Notes under the pieces: generated by a model | Seen by the model: the letters and a program-made list of their open reading frames with translations, nothing else | What the model was told of the DNA's origin: nothing | Database searches by the model: none | Assembly: GCA_963804415.1 (NCBI GenBank) | Contig: CAWDQH010000032.1 | Location: forward strand, 132,435-196,434 | Length of the DNA stretch: 64,000 nt | Direction: 5' to 3' | DNA from: an uncultured cyanobacterium | GTDB lineage: Bacteria > Cyanobacteriota > Cyanobacteriia > Cyanobacteriales > Nostocaceae | Translations under genes and position numbers: made by a program | In this document: one piece after another, positions 10,401 through 21,900 of the stretch | Position numbering within the stretch: the stretch's first letter is position 1 | Layout: each line of letters opens with the position of its first letter

Positions 10401-11481
10401 CAACATTAATTGATGAATTTTTGTCAACAAAGGTATTATTTGCGGTTGGTATGCTTCCCTTACCTTGATAATCCCCACCAATTAATACATTTCCACCACC
10501 ATTGCTTCCGCTAGCGTCGATAGTAGAGCCAATTACACCAACCGTATTACCCAAAACATTGACATTACTACCAGCGAGTTTACCAGAGGCGATCGCCGTA
10601 CCTGCGGTTTGAGGAATTGCAACTTCCGAACCCGTCAAAGTAACGGTACCATTAGCATCAACTTCAACACCAGTGGCACTTGCAATACCTCCTCCCGTCA
10701 ATAATTCCGGTAAAGATAAAGGTGAAATACCTTGAGTGGGAAGATTATTCGGTGCGACTTCCAAACCCAAAATCATTCCTTTTTGGGATATTCTAACTAA
10801 ATTTTCTCCCTCAACTGCGGCTAGAGTAATGTTTCCTCCAGGAGCAGAAAGCGTGCCGGTATTAATGGTTTTTCCCGCAGTTAAACTTAAAGATTGTCCT
10901 TCCCCGACTGCCAAATCACCAGCATTCACAATGCTACCGGGATTGCTAGTGCTAAAAGCGAAACTGTTGGGAGTTCCCACCAAAGCCTGATAGTTATTCT
11001 CTCCAGTAGCGCTAAACCAACCATCTGCAAAACCAATTCCGTTTGCGGTAGTTGCGCTAAATGCAGCAGGAACGTTCAAAGATGCATTTTGACCAAAAAC
11101 AAATCCGCTGGGATTCATCAAATAAAGGTTGGAGCTACCCCCAGTTACCTGAATCAAACCGTTGATATTGGAAGCATCACCACCAACAACTCGTCCCAAA
11201 ATATTATTAATATCTGGATTTGAAAGGAAATTAGCAATTTCCCCTGCATTCAAACCAAATTTTTCAAAGCTGTGAAATAAGTTTGCACCATCACCCGACA
11301 ATCTACCGCCATTAATATTGTAGGTTTGACCATCTTTAGTGGTAATTGTTGTTCCCGTACCATCTGCTGAAGGGGTAATTGACTGTGCGGAAACTGGTTT
11401 ATTAAAAGTTGCAAAAGGAGAAATTATTAATGCTGTTGAGATAACAGTAGTAAAAAATTTTGGTTGTAGCTTAAAGTTCAT
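7471..11481 (-). CDS. Filamentous haemagglutinin-like TpsA exoprotein
   Basis: Signal peptide, TPS domain (NLFHSF, NILGRVVGG, NPSG), GGFVEVSG and GTLLLDP motifs, many G/N/S/T beta-helix repeats; upstream of TpsB. Confidence 0.92.
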   Translation of the reverse strand: MNFKLQPKFFTTVISTALIISPFATFNKPVSAQSITPSADGTGTTITTKDGQTYNINGGRLSGDGANLFHSFEKFGLNAGEIANFLSNPDINNILGRVVGGDASNINGLIQVTGGSSNLYLMNPSGFVFGQNASLNVPAAFSATTANGIGFADGWFSATGENNYQALVGTPNSFAFSTSNPGSIVNAGDLAVGEGQSLSLTAGKTINTGTLSAPGGNITLAAVEGENLVRISQKGMILGLEVAPNNLPTQGISPLSLPELLTGGGIASATGVEVDANGTVTLTGSEVAIPQTAGTAIASGKLAGSNVNVLGNTVGVIGSTIDASGSNGGGNVLIGGDYQGKGSIPTANNTFVDKNSSINVDASINGNGGKAIIWSDEATSFYGNITARGGKTAGDGGFVEVSGKENLIFKGKVDTSAVNGNFGTLLLDPKNIAINPGKEDGDDDGSKKNALGTNQNAATAEVLASEPPLNGTFNIFESELEGMSGSTNIILQANNNITLSDLPDNELKFKAGDGSITFTADADGDNAGSFLMSSSDTIRARGRNIEISGAKLTVAGIDTSNGGDGGDITLRSSNSTILVNGDINASSKNSGNGGTVNLDVTGGTGAINISTSGAKVSSTSKGGNGGNVNFSTAGGNIVTLDVDTSTDKNGTPGNISYNIAQNPEAVGQIDTSSGTLNASSGLGNGGNITLNTFEGDISTADINASSGDDGTGGTIQLTVNNNIGQIDATNGTIKSTSLDGDGGNITLSTDEGNIGAANISSFSSQGGAGGDINLDINAGGGSIDSTVGTIDSTSAVGDGGQVRLSTFGGNISAGNINSFTDDTSSKGGDIDLRVEGDSGSIDTTVGIIKSGSTQANGGNVSLSTENTTTGGNIQTATINTSSTGSGNGGQITATAGDIGDIDTSNGLLNTTSSSGNGGNVNLTVESGSISPGNIDSSVDGSGTGGAINLTATDIPGLIDTSSSTLDSSSQQGDGGDITIDTAGGNISSADLISRSQGSGDGGNITLNIDASNERVGNIDATAGNINSSSNGGNGGNVELTTAEGNIGTSNISSFSDGAGGIGGNIALTVNNDKGAIDTTVGTLRSGNAVGTGGDISLNTSQGNISVANINSNSNGQGNGGAINLEVQKDFGSIDASTGILNSSAASNNGGDISLTTAKGNIATNSLISRSNGIGNGGDISATTDEAGTISTTNGEAPKLDASSASGTGGDVNLESSSITVTDVNASGGLLGGNITFTGDETDIADGSAVQSNGGELQFRPFTVSQDIRVSGVSDAGASFLDITMEDISRLIDGFSVIQIGRTDGTGTIFIINDPNFKDPVIYLQQTDNSQVLDTSL

Positions 11482-11991
11482 AATTAGGATTGAAAAGAAC
11501 AAATACTAGTTTAAAAAGATACTTTTCAGATATGCCTCTGATCTTGATTACGTAGAATATTTAAGCCTACAGATTATTGCCAACTGCTAATTAGACAAAC
11601 ACTGGTTGCGGCAAATAGTTAAAATCAGGAGGAAAAATAAAAGTATGATTTGTTACTGAATTTGTGTTCGATTCTAACTTTATTCAAAAACGATCGGTAT
11701 CTACCAGACGTTATAGTATCTATTTGCTTTCTCAATGAATTTATTATCCGTATAGCAGATTGACAAAATCAATAAAGTTTGAATGTATACCATTAAAAAT
11801 CGAGGAGAAATAATAAATTTTAGATAAGTCTTTGTGTAGTTTTAATTTAGTTTGGAAATAGCACGCGGGCAAAATACCCATAAAAAAAACGGGCAATATG
11901 CCCGCTCCACAACAATTAATCTGATGATAATAATTATTTGAAAAAGCAAGGGTAAAAGACAAGATAAAAAACCTTCAACCTTTAACCCAAA

Positions 11992-13782
11992 TTATCGCTT
12001 CGCAAATTTCTTCGACATCTTCCGCAAGCGAATTGATTCGGGTGTAACTTCTACCAATTCATCGGGGCCAATATATTCCAAAGCTCTTTCCAGACTCATG
12101 TCTGTAGGTGCTTGTAATTGAACTAATTCATCACCACTAGCAGCACGGTGGTTTGTCAGCTGCTTGGTTTTACAAACGTTCAATTCCAAATCTTGAGGAC
12201 GATTATTTTCTCCAATAATCATGCCTTTATAAACTTTGGTACCAGGAGTAATAAAGTAAGAACCTCTATCCTCAGCGTTTTTCAAAGCGTAGAAAGTCGC
12301 AACACCTTCCTCAAAAGATATTAGTACGCCGTTGCGACGAGCGGAAATATCGCCCAAAATCGGACGGTAATCGAGGAAACTGTGGTTCATGATGCCGTCA
12401 CCGCGAGTGATACGCATAAATTCACCACGGAAACCAATCAAACCACGGGCGGGAATGATGAATTCTAATTGCGATCGCCCGTTACTACCCACTTGCATAT
12501 CCTGCATTTCACCTTTACGCTGTCCGAGTCTTTCGATACAGCCACCAACGCCTTCTTCGGAAACGTCTAAAGCCAAAAGTTCGTAAGGTTCGCAAGGTTG
12601 CCCGTTGACTTCACGGTAAATTACCTGTGGCTGGGATACCTGAAACTCATAACCTTCACGGCGCATGGTTTCAATTAATATACCCAAGTGAAGTTCACCA
12701 CGTCCGCAAACGCCAAATCTATCGGGTGAATCGGTTTCTTCAACGCGCAAAGCTACATTAGTTTGCAACTCGCGCATCAAACGATCTCTTATCTGCCGAG
12801 AAGTGACAAAATCCCCTTCCTGACCGCAGAATGGCGAATCGTTCACGGAGAAGGTCATTTGTAAAGTCGGCTCGTCCACTTTTATAAGTGGCAATGCTTG
12901 AGGTTCGTTAGGACAGGTGATGGTTTCTCCAATATTGGCATCGGCAAAACCAGCGACTGCAACAAGATTACCGGCGGATGATTGTTCTAATTCAACTCGC
13001 GCTAAACCTTCAAAACCAAGTAACTTACTAATTTTGGATTTGACAATTTTGCCATCTTCCTTAATTAAAGCAGCCTGCTGTCCGGCGTTGATGGTACCGT
13101 TGTGAATTCTACCAATGACAATTCTTCCCAGATAATCAGAATAATCCAGAGTTGTGACTTGTAATTGTAAAGGCTTTTCTGGATCGCCTACTGGTGGTGG
13201 AACATGGCGTAAAATTCCCTCAAATAAAGGCTGCATATCCTTATCTTCATCTTCTAGCTGGTTTTTAGCGAAACCTGCTAAACCAGAAGCGAATAAGTAA
13301 GGAAAATCACACTGATCGTCATCTGCTCCTAATTCCAAGAACAAATCCAATACTTTATCAACTGCAACGTGGGGATCTGCTCGGGGACGGTCGATCTTGT
13401 TGACTACAACAATCGGACGTAATCCTTTTTCCAAAGCTTTCTTCAATACAAAGCGCGTTTGAGGCATGGGGCCTTCATTTGCATCCACGATCAGGACGCA
13501 ACCGTCCACCATACCTAATACCCGTTCAACTTCTCCACCGAAGTCAGCGTGTCCGGGAGTATCAACAATATTAATTAAAGTTTCTTTGTAGCGAACGGCA
13601 GTATTTTTGGAAAGAATTGTAATTCCTCTTTCTCTTTCCAAATCGTTTGAATCCATAACGCAATCCGGAACGTCTTCCCCTTCACGGAAAATGCCAGATT
13701 GTTTGAGTAGGGAATCAACGAGGGTTGTTTTGCCGTGGTCTACGTGAGCGATGATAGCGACGTTACGGATTGGGAGCGTCAT
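11992..13782 (-). CDS. typA: Translational GTPase TypA/BipA
   Basis: [37 protein letters not shown]. Confidence 0.99.
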   Translation of the reverse strand: MTLPIRNVAIIAHVDHGKTTLVDSLLKQSGIFREGEDVPDCVMDSNDLERERGITILSKNTAVRYKETLINIVDTPGHADFGGEVERVLGMVDGCVLIVDANEGPMPQTRFVLKKALEKGLRPIVVVNKIDRPRADPHVAVDKVLDLFLELGADDDQCDFPYLFASGLAGFAKNQLEDEDKDMQPLFEGILRHVPPPVGDPEKPLQLQVTTLDYSDYLGRIVIGRIHNGTINAGQQAALIKEDGKIVKSKISKLLGFEGLARVELEQSSAGNLVAVAGFADANIGETITCPNEPQALPLIKVDEPTLQMTFSVNDSPFCGQEGDFVTSRQIRDRLMRELQTNVALRVEETDSPDRFGVCGRGELHLGILIETMRREGYEFQVSQPQVIYREVNGQPCEPYELLALDVSEEGVGGCIERLGQRKGEMQDMQVGSNGRSQLEFIIPARGLIGFRGEFMRITRGDGIMNHSFLDYRPILGDISARRNGVLISFEEGVATFYALKNAEDRGSYFITPGTKVYKGMIIGENNRPQDLELNVCKTKQLTNHRAASGDELVQLQAPTDMSLERALEYIGPDELVEVTPESIRLRKMSKKFAKR

Positions 13783-14083
13783 AATTGCGTCCGGTTAACT
13801 GCGGGTTTGTATATCTTAACTATTGTGTAAAGGCTGTATTAACAGAATTCGGAAAAAAATGGTAATTCTGTAAACATCCCTTAACAATTCTATCTTACTC
13901 TTTCCGTTTGAAGATAGTTTTGGTAATGAATTGTTAGTAGTTAGTGATTAGTTGATAGTTGTGGCAGTAAAGAGTTGGGAGTTGGACATGAGGCAAGGGG
14001 CATTATGAATTATCTATTCCATCACCCCATCATCTTATGCCTCTTCCCATCTAAACTTATTATGTTAATCTCGAAATTCAAAA

Positions 14084-14716
14084 ATGCCTCATATAGTCCT
14101 ACTCGGTGATTCGATTTTCGATAATGCTGCTTACGTTGGCAAAAGTCCAGATGTAATTGCACAGTTACAGATGAAGATTCCCGACAATTGGAATGCAACT
14201 CTAAACGCGATTGATGGTAATAAAGTTGATGACGTTTACCAGCAACTGGAAAAATTACCGCAGGATGCTACTCATTTAGTTCTGAGTGTCGGAGGAAATA
14301 ATGCACTCAGTTGTGTCAGTATTTTGAATGAGAAAGTAGCTTCTTCTGCTGAAGTATTTATCAAGCTGGCTAACTTAAGAGAAGATTTTGAACAACAATA
14401 TCAGAATTTAATACAGAAGATTCTCAGACTTAAGCTTCCTACAACTATTTGCACTATATACAATCCGAATTATCCAGAGTCAACTTATCAAAGAATTGGA
14501 GTTACTGCTTTAGCAGTTTTCAACGATGTGATTATTCGACAAGCTTTTCAAAATGGTATTCCGCTGATTGACTTAAGATTAACCTGCAACGAAGCGACAG
14601 ATTACGCAAATCCAATTGAACCTTCATGCGCTGGTGGTGAAAAAATTGTAAATGCAATTGTGAATGCTGTTTTTGAGCATAATTTTGAGAAGCATTATAC
14701 TCAGGTTTTTTATTGA
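14084..14716 (+). CDS. SGNH/GDSL hydrolase family protein
   Basis: LLGDSIFDN, SVGGNN, ANPIEPS motifs. Confidence 0.85.
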   Translation: MPHIVLLGDSIFDNAAYVGKSPDVIAQLQMKIPDNWNATLNAIDGNKVDDVYQQLEKLPQDATHLVLSVGGNNALSCVSILNEKVASSAEVFIKLANLREDFEQQYQNLIQKILRLKLPTTICTIYNPNYPESTYQRIGVTALAVFNDVIIRQAFQNGIPLIDLRLTCNEATDYANPIEPSCAGGEKIVNAIVNAVFEHNFEKHYTQVFY

Positions 14717-14743
14717 TTTGGTAGAATGTTAATTTGGGTTGCT

Positions 14744-15718
14744 TTAATTCTTACGAGTGGATAACATATACTTTGTCATAATCAATGAACTTTTAATTTT
14801 ATTATGTATTTGAAGATTAGAATTCCAGAGCAGGCTCATGTATCCTCGAAAGTCTTTTGAGTCAGGTTGAGGTATGGTTTTAAACTCAAAGGGAATAAGA
14901 GATGTTAGTTCGCTTTTATCAAGATAATTCATTTTTTGAGAAAATAAGTTGAACAAACGATTTAAAGCCAGCTTTCGTTGATAATGAGCTAATATTTCTT
15001 TGCGTTCTTTTGCACTTTCTTGAGTTTTATTAGCATAATTATTTCTTGTATGCATTCTGTATTGAACTAGTTTTACAGATAATGTGAATTTGATTGCTCC
15101 GACTAAAGAGGCTCCGTAAACTAAACAATCATCGGCTCGAATTCGCCAATCATCTAGGTAAGGAAAAGGCAAGATTTTTTCAGCAATTTTGCGTCGCATC
15201 GATAAAGTAGAAGTCGGAGCGCCTATGTAACGTTTTGTGTGAAGGGTAAAAACTGCGGAACAGCCTCTATTTCTAACGTATTGTAAAAGATCAATTTGAC
15301 TTTCTTGCTGTTTATTTATTTTATCTGACCCCGACGAATCCAAATCTTTAAATTTTTCATATCCGCAGAATAAAAAATCACATTCTGGATATAGATTATA
15401 AATTTCTAGAATATTTTCCAAATAATTTGGTTGGTATTTATCATCAGAGTCAAGAAAACATATTATGTCACCATTTGAAGCTGAATAGCCAAGATTAAAA
15501 CTAGATAATTGACCTTCATTCTTTTCTTTAACGATTAATTTTACTTTATCATTTTGAGAATATTTTTCCTGAAGCTTCTCAATGGAATTATCGGTAGAAC
15601 CATCATCTACTACAATTACTTCATCAAATTCTACAGTTTGCCCAAGGGCACTCTCTACAGCTTCTACAATGAAATCTCCATAGTTATAATTATTAATTAG
15701 GCAAGTTGTTTTAATCAT
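14744..15718 (-). CDS. Glycosyltransferase family 2
   Basis: INNYNYG, VVDDGSTD, FLDSDD. Confidence 0.9.
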   Translation of the reverse strand: MIKTTCLINNYNYGDFIVEAVESALGQTVEFDEVIVVDDGSTDNSIEKLQEKYSQNDKVKLIVKEKNEGQLSSFNLGYSASNGDIICFLDSDDKYQPNYLENILEIYNLYPECDFLFCGYEKFKDLDSSGSDKINKQQESQIDLLQYVRNRGCSAVFTLHTKRYIGAPTSTLSMRRKIAEKILPFPYLDDWRIRADDCLVYGASLVGAIKFTLSVKLVQYRMHTRNNYANKTQESAKERKEILAHYQRKLALNRLFNLFSQKMNYLDKSELTSLIPFEFKTIPQPDSKDFRGYMSLLWNSNLQIHNKIKSSLIMTKYMLSTRKN

Positions 15719-16351
15719 TAGTTATAATATTTTGTAGTTTCAATAATGTTCGTATTACTTGAAAATAGACAAATATGGAAAATATTCAATCTTCTCAAAA
15801 TTCAATATTTTTCGATATTTTTGTAAATGATAGAGTACTATCAATCGCTAAAATAAATAAGAAAGCTCAAACGGCTTATTTATAGCATTTTATCAACAGT
15901 AGTATCTTAACTGTACCCGTACAAATAACGAAAAGCTGAAGGATAAACCTAAAAAGTTATTTTGAACTTAATTTCTATGACGGTATCACAATAGCTATTT
16001 GTTCGGGTCTTCCGTACTTGGTATGCTAATTAAACAAAAAAAAAGGAATAGGCAACAGGGAATACTCTTCTCTTATAATAATATTAGTCCGGAAGCCGGA
16101 GGAGTTCTTTCACAGCAAGTCTTATAGAAGTTTTTAACTATTTTTTAGCATACTAACTACTGAAAAACTATCTGTTCTTACAATATTCCACAGAAGCGTT
16201 TCTTTTTTTTAATCTCTCGATTGCATATAGCATTAGAGAGCGCGAACTCCATAAAAGCTTTACTTTTACAGAAACAACCCGAACAAATTATTTATTACTA
16301 TAAAAAAGGTTTTGAAATTTTGCCGTTGCTGAATCCAGGCATTAATTTAGA

Positions 16352-16383
16352 TGTAGAGACGTGATATATCACGTCTCTCTACA
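16352..16383. repeat. GTAG-type REP-like palindrome
   Basis: tgtagagacgtgatatatcacgtctctctaca. Confidence 0.8.
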
Positions 16384-16467
16384 AAGGTTTCGGTTAACTA
16401 ACAAATCAGTTTCATACATCAAATCAGCAACTCCGAAATTTTTATGCATATTATATATTTATTCCCT

Positions 16468-17101
16468 TCAATCAAAATTTTTCATCCCTTTAGCAACGAA
16501 TTTCACCAAACGAGCAATCGCAATTTCAACTTCTTCTGAAGAGCTTCCTGTTATCAACTGCCCCGTTTGACCAACTTGGTTTAAGGTTCTGATTAATATG
16601 GCAATCGCTAAATCTAATTTCCAATTCAATTCTGTACGTGTTTGATTGGGAAGCGCTCGTTGCAAAATATCCAAAAATCGTTGGTGACTTTCATCAAATT
16701 CCTTATTCCAAAGTTGCTGTATGGGTAAGGGTTCTGTACGACAACGCCCCATAAATTGAGCGCGAATTAATCCCGATTTTCCCATTTGTGGGATAATTCG
16801 CAAGGGAGGAGCAATAAATGCTTCTAGAATATTTTCTACTGATGGCGGTTCTGTTTAAATTTTCATATTTCGCTAACTGCTGCAATTGAGATTGCACGAC
16901 TTGCTTGGCAACTCTTTGCACCACAGCAATAAAAAGTTCTTCTTTTGAGCCAAAATGGTAGTGAATGGCTGCAATATTTACTTCGGCTTCTCGAATAACA
17001 CCCCGCAAAGTTGTCCCTGAAAAGCCTTTTTCGGCAAATTGTCCTTCAGCAACGTTAAGTATTTGTTCTTTTGTATCGATGGTTGTTACAGTATTTTTCA
17101 T
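16468..17101 (-). CDS. TetR/AcrR (PsrA-like) regulator, split by one frameshift near 16855
   Basis: HTH TKEQILNVAE...AAIHYHFGSKEELF in ORF 16703-17101; continues in another frame as TEPPSVENILEAFIAPPLRIIP...ELNWKL to 16468. Divergent from the RND operon. Confidence 0.8.
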
Positions 17102-17224
17102 TTCAATAAAACGTTTGAATAATTTTAAGAATAAGATAATTTAATTATAACTGTAGAGACGTAGCACTGCTACTTCTCCATAGCTTTGCGGGGAAACAAG
17201 CCAGAAGTTTAACTATTTTATCTA

Positions 17225-17263
17225 TCAAACGTATGTTTGACTAAAATTAAAACGTGTGTTTGA
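17225..17263. promoter_or_regulatory. Tandem TetR-type operators (CAAAC-N4-GTTTG) between tetR and the RND operon
   Basis: tcaaacgtatgtttga and taaaacgtgtgtttga; resembles the PsrA-type operator. Confidence 0.6.
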
Positions 17264-17320
17264 ATTGTATGCATGAGAAAACTTATTTAGAAGACACAAG
17301 CCCCACTAGAGGCAAATGCC

Positions 17321-18710
17321 ATGAACCCAGAATTTACTCCGCATCCAGATATCAGGTGATGAAACACTTGATGATGAGGAATATTCCCAATTAGAGAATC
17401 AGCATCGAGATTATTCTAAGTTACTCCGCTATGGAATGTTGGGTTTGCTGGGGTTGATGGTAGCAGTAGGGGCTGTGTTTGGTGCGAAGAATTTAACTCA
17501 GACTGAATCTGAAGTTAAAGAAACTATCGTAGCTCGTCCATTACCAGTAATAACTTTGCGAGCAAAGCCAGTCAAATCTTATCAAGTATTGCGGACTTAC
17601 ACTGGTGAAATTGCAGCAATTCGGACTAGTGAATTGGGATTCGAGCGTGGTGGGAAGCTAATTGAAGTTTTTGTCAAAGAGGGCGATCGCCTTAAATCGG
17701 GACAACCCATTGCAAAGCTTGATGTGAGTAATTTGCAGATGCAAAAGTTGCAACTAGAAGCTCAAAAAGCCCAAGCACAAGCGAGATTAGATGAATTTGT
17801 CGCTGGCCCACGAAAGCAAGATATTGCAGCTACTCGTGCAGCAGTTGATGATATTAGACAGCAATTACAGTTGCAGAAAACCAAGCTTAAGAGACGGAAA
17901 TACCTTTATGCCGAAGGTGCTATTTCACGAGAACAACTTGATGAAGTTTCTTTTGGTGAAAATTCCTTAACTGCTCGCTTGCAACAGGCTCAGAGCAATT
18001 TAAACGAACTTTTAGCCGGAACTCGTACAGAACAATTGGCTGCACAGCGAGCTGTTGTCAAACAATTAGAAGCGAGTATATCGGACTTAGAAATTAATAT
18101 AGCTAAAAGTACTATCAAAGCACCATTTGCAGGTATAGTTTCTGCTCGCCAAATCGATGAAGGAACGGTAGTTAATCCAGGTCAAGCTGTAGTGCGTTTA
18201 GTCGAAAATACCAGCCCAGAAGCCAGAATTGGAATGCCTGCAACTGTGGTAAATGAATTACAAATTGGTAGTCTTCAAAAGGTAGAAATTAACAATCAAA
18301 CTTATTCAGCAAGAGTAGCTTCAATTTTGCCGGAAGTTAATCCTAATACCAGAACTCAAATAGTTGTATTAAAACTAGAATCTTCCTTAATATCTCAAAT
18401 TAATCCCGGTCAAACAGTTAGATTAAAGCTGACAGATACAATTCCGACAGAAGGATTTTGGCTGCCTAATAAAGCCTTAACTCAGGGATTGCGAGGGCTT
18501 TGGACAAGTTATGTTCTAACTAAACCGAAAACGGAGAATAATAACACTTATAAAGATGCTTTTGTACTCGAACAACGCAGCGTAGAGATATTACATCAAG
18601 AAAGCGACAGAGTTTTAGTACGTGGAACTTTGCAAGCTGGAGATAGGATTGTTGCTAACGGAATTCATCGTTTGGTTCCTGGTCAAATGGTGCGTCCGAT
18701 TGGGGAATGA
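17321..18710 (+). CDS. RND efflux periplasmic adaptor (MFP); probable frameshift near 17350, intact ORF from 17436
   Basis: YTGEI..LGFERGG, VKEGD, IKAPFAG, EGTVV..GQ motifs; upstream in-frame sequence stays open to about 17350. Confidence 0.9.
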
Positions 18711-18750
18711 GAGGGAGATGGGGAGACAAGGGGACAAGGAGACAAGGGGA
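18711..18750. repeat. Short tandem repeat GGAGACAAG/GGGACAAG
   Basis: gggagacaaggggacaaggagacaagggg; further heptamer tracts follow to about 18900. Confidence 0.7.
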
Positions 18751-18914
18751 AATATTTATTTTCAACTGTTAACTCTTAACTTTTAATTTAAAAACCAAAA
18801 TTTATTAATTCCTAACTCTTAATTATTAATTACCAATTACCCATTACCAATGCCCAATTCTCAACTGCCTAACTCATAACCTTTGACCTTTGACCTTTAA
18901 CCTCTTACCTAATT

Positions 18915-21900
18915 ATGGTTCTTCCTTTTTTCCGTAATATCCGTTTGCTGATTCTAACTTTCATTTTGATAATATTCTGGGGATTCTCGGCGTTTCAATC
19001 GTTGCCGCGTCAGGAAGATCCAGAATTGGTAGCTCGCACTGCTGTAATTACAACTCGATTTCCGGGAGCTAGTGCCGAACGTGTAGAAGCTTTGGTAACG
19101 GAAGTTATCGAGTCTGAAATATCGGAAGTTAAGGAAATTACCACCGTTACGTCTGATTCTCGCGTTGGTTTGTCGGCAATTTCGATTGAATTAAAAGATG
19201 CTGTAATTGATGCCGAGCCAATTTGGTCGAGGGTGCGGGATAGATTGGCAGATGCAACGGTGCAGTTTCCACCGGGGGTGTTGGAACCAGATTTAGATGA
19301 GGCACAGATGCGAGCTTATGCTGTAATTGCATCTTTGGTTTGGGAAGGGGAAAGCGAACCTAATTACGCAATTTTACGGCGGTTTGCGGAAGAGCTTGAC
19401 GTTCAACTTCGAGGTGTAGGAGGAACGGAAGCTGTAGATTCCTTTGGCTTTCCTTCAGAGGAAATAGCTGTGGAAATTAATCCATCCGATTTAGCCGCAG
19501 TAGGATTAAATGCTCAACAATTATCGCAACAAATACAGCAAAGTGATGCTAAAACCAGCGCGGGACAACTTCGCAGTTCTGAAAATACTTTAGCAATTGA
19601 GGTGGAAGGGGAACTCGATTCTTTAGAACGAATTCGTCAAATCCCGATTTCTTCAACTGCAAACGGACAGTTTACTCGATTAGGAGACGTTGCGCGAGTT
19701 AATAGAGGCATCAGACAACCAGTTACAGATTTGGCTTTGATTGGTAGCAAGCCCGGTGTAGCTTTGGGAGTGTTGATGGAATCTGGGAATCGGATCGATC
19801 TATGGGCAGAAAAAATTCATCTGCAATTGGATGATTTTCGTAGCAGGTTGCCCAAGGGGATTAAGTTAGAAGTGATTTTTGACCAAAGCGGTTACGTAAA
19901 AACACGTTTAGATAGCTTAATATCAAATTTACTTTTTAGTGCCGTGCTTGTGGTTGCCGTTACTTTTGTCGGAATGGGTTGGCGCTCTTCTATTATCGTC
20001 GGCGCAGCACTACCATTAACCGTATTTGCGGTATTTGGAGAGTTGCAAGTATTTAATATTCCGATTCATCAAATGTCAGTTTCGGGGTTAATTATTGCCT
20101 TGGGATTGTTAATTGATAACGCGATTGTGGTTGTTGATGAAATTCAAGTTGAACTCAAAGCAGGTTTAAAACCAAAAGATGCCGTGGTGAAAACGGTTAA
20201 TTATTTAACAGTTCCTCTGCTGACATCGACTTTAACAACCATGCTCACCTTCTTACCAATTGCTTTGATGGCGGGAACTGGAGGTGAATTCGTTGGCTCG
20301 ATTGCTGTAAGTGTAATTATGTCGCTGGTTTCTTCTTTTGCAATATCTTTGACGGTAATTGCGGCACTTTCCGGGCGTTTTCTTGGTAAAACAATAGTAC
20401 ATAGAAAAAGCAAATCGCGTAAATCTCTATTATCAAAGCTGAAAAATCCCGATGCTTGGTGGAATGCAGGTTTTTCTTCAGCTTTTTTAGGTCGGATTTA
20501 TCGCAAAACTTTAAACTGGGCTACAGCGAAACCTGTAATTGCTGTAATCTTAACAATGATAATGCCCGTAATGGGTTTTATAAATGTAGGTTCCCTACCA
20601 TCACAGTTTTTTCCTTCACTCGATCGCGATCAGTTTCAGATTGAAGTGGAGTTTCCAGCACAAACTTCTATTGCTCAAACTCGCGAAGATGTATTATTAG
20701 CCCGTAAATTAATTCGCGAACATTCCCAGGTTGAGGAAGTTCACTGGTTTGTTGGCGAAAATGCACCCAAATTTTACTACAATTTTACTGGTGGAATCAA
20801 AAACGCTGCTTACTATGCTCAAGCAATGGTGCAGTTGAATACAGATAAAGAAGTTAAACCACTAATTAGTAATTTACAACAAGAATTAGATTCAGCATTT
20901 CCTCAAGCGCGGATTTTAGTCAAACAATTAGAACAAGGGCCACCATTTGAAGCTCCCGTAGAATTGCGAATTTATGGCCCGGATATCGAACAGTTGCGAA
21001 TATTGGGCGCGATAGTTCGGCAAGTTTTAACGCAGATACCCAACGTCACTCATGCACGAGATGATTTGACAGAAACTATTCCCAAATTAGGATTAACTGT
21101 AGACGAAGAACAAGCAAGGTTAGTAGGGCTTGATAATACGGCGATCGCGCAACAGTTACAAAGTTATTTAGAAGGTGCCGTCGGCGGTTCGATTCTCGAA
21201 GCTACAGAAAATTTACCCGTGCGAGTTCGGATTGCCAATGCTAACCGAGGAGATTTATCTGAAATCGCTTCTCTTAACCTACAGCCAAATCAACAAAGCG
21301 GTGCAACAGAACCCAACTTGCGCCCTTTATCCGCTTTAGGAGAATTCAACCTAGTTCCTCAATTAGCCAAAATTTCCAGACGAAACGAGCAACGAGTTAA
21401 CACCGTCCAAGCTTTTATTACTGCCGGAATTTTACCATCAACAGTTCTCGAAGAATTACAAACACGTCTGGAAGCAGAAAAATTTGAATCCAAACTTCCT
21501 CCTGGATACAGATACGAATTTGGTGGCGAACAAGCAGAACGCAGCGAAGCAGTAGGTAAACTATTGTCAACCGTAGGAATACTATCATTAATTATGATAA
21601 TTACACTAGTATTATCTCTGGGTTCATTTCGGCTCGCCGGTATAGTTCTTGCCGTCGCTGTTGCATCCGTTGGTTTAGCTTTATTTGCTTTATGGACTTT
21701 TGGTTCGGTATTCGGATTTATGGCAATTGTCGGCACAATGGGTTTAATTGGGATTGCCATCAACGGTGCAATTATTATCTTGTCAGCCTTCAACGAAAAT
21801 GAAAGAGCGCGTCAAGGTGATGTGAAAGCAGTACGGGAAGTTGTAGTCAAAGCTACCCGTCACGTATTAACCACAACTATCACTACAATGGTGGGTTTTA

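Noticed and set aside
7781-11223. Many plus-strand ORFs opposite the haemagglutinin gene
   Set aside because: Antisense shadows of Gly/Asn/Ser/Thr repeat codons (PP/LL-rich), with no independent coding signal.
11744-11962. 72-aa ORF containing CGAGILPV
   Set aside because: Derived from a GCGGGC-AT-GCCCGC REP-like repeat in an intergenic region.
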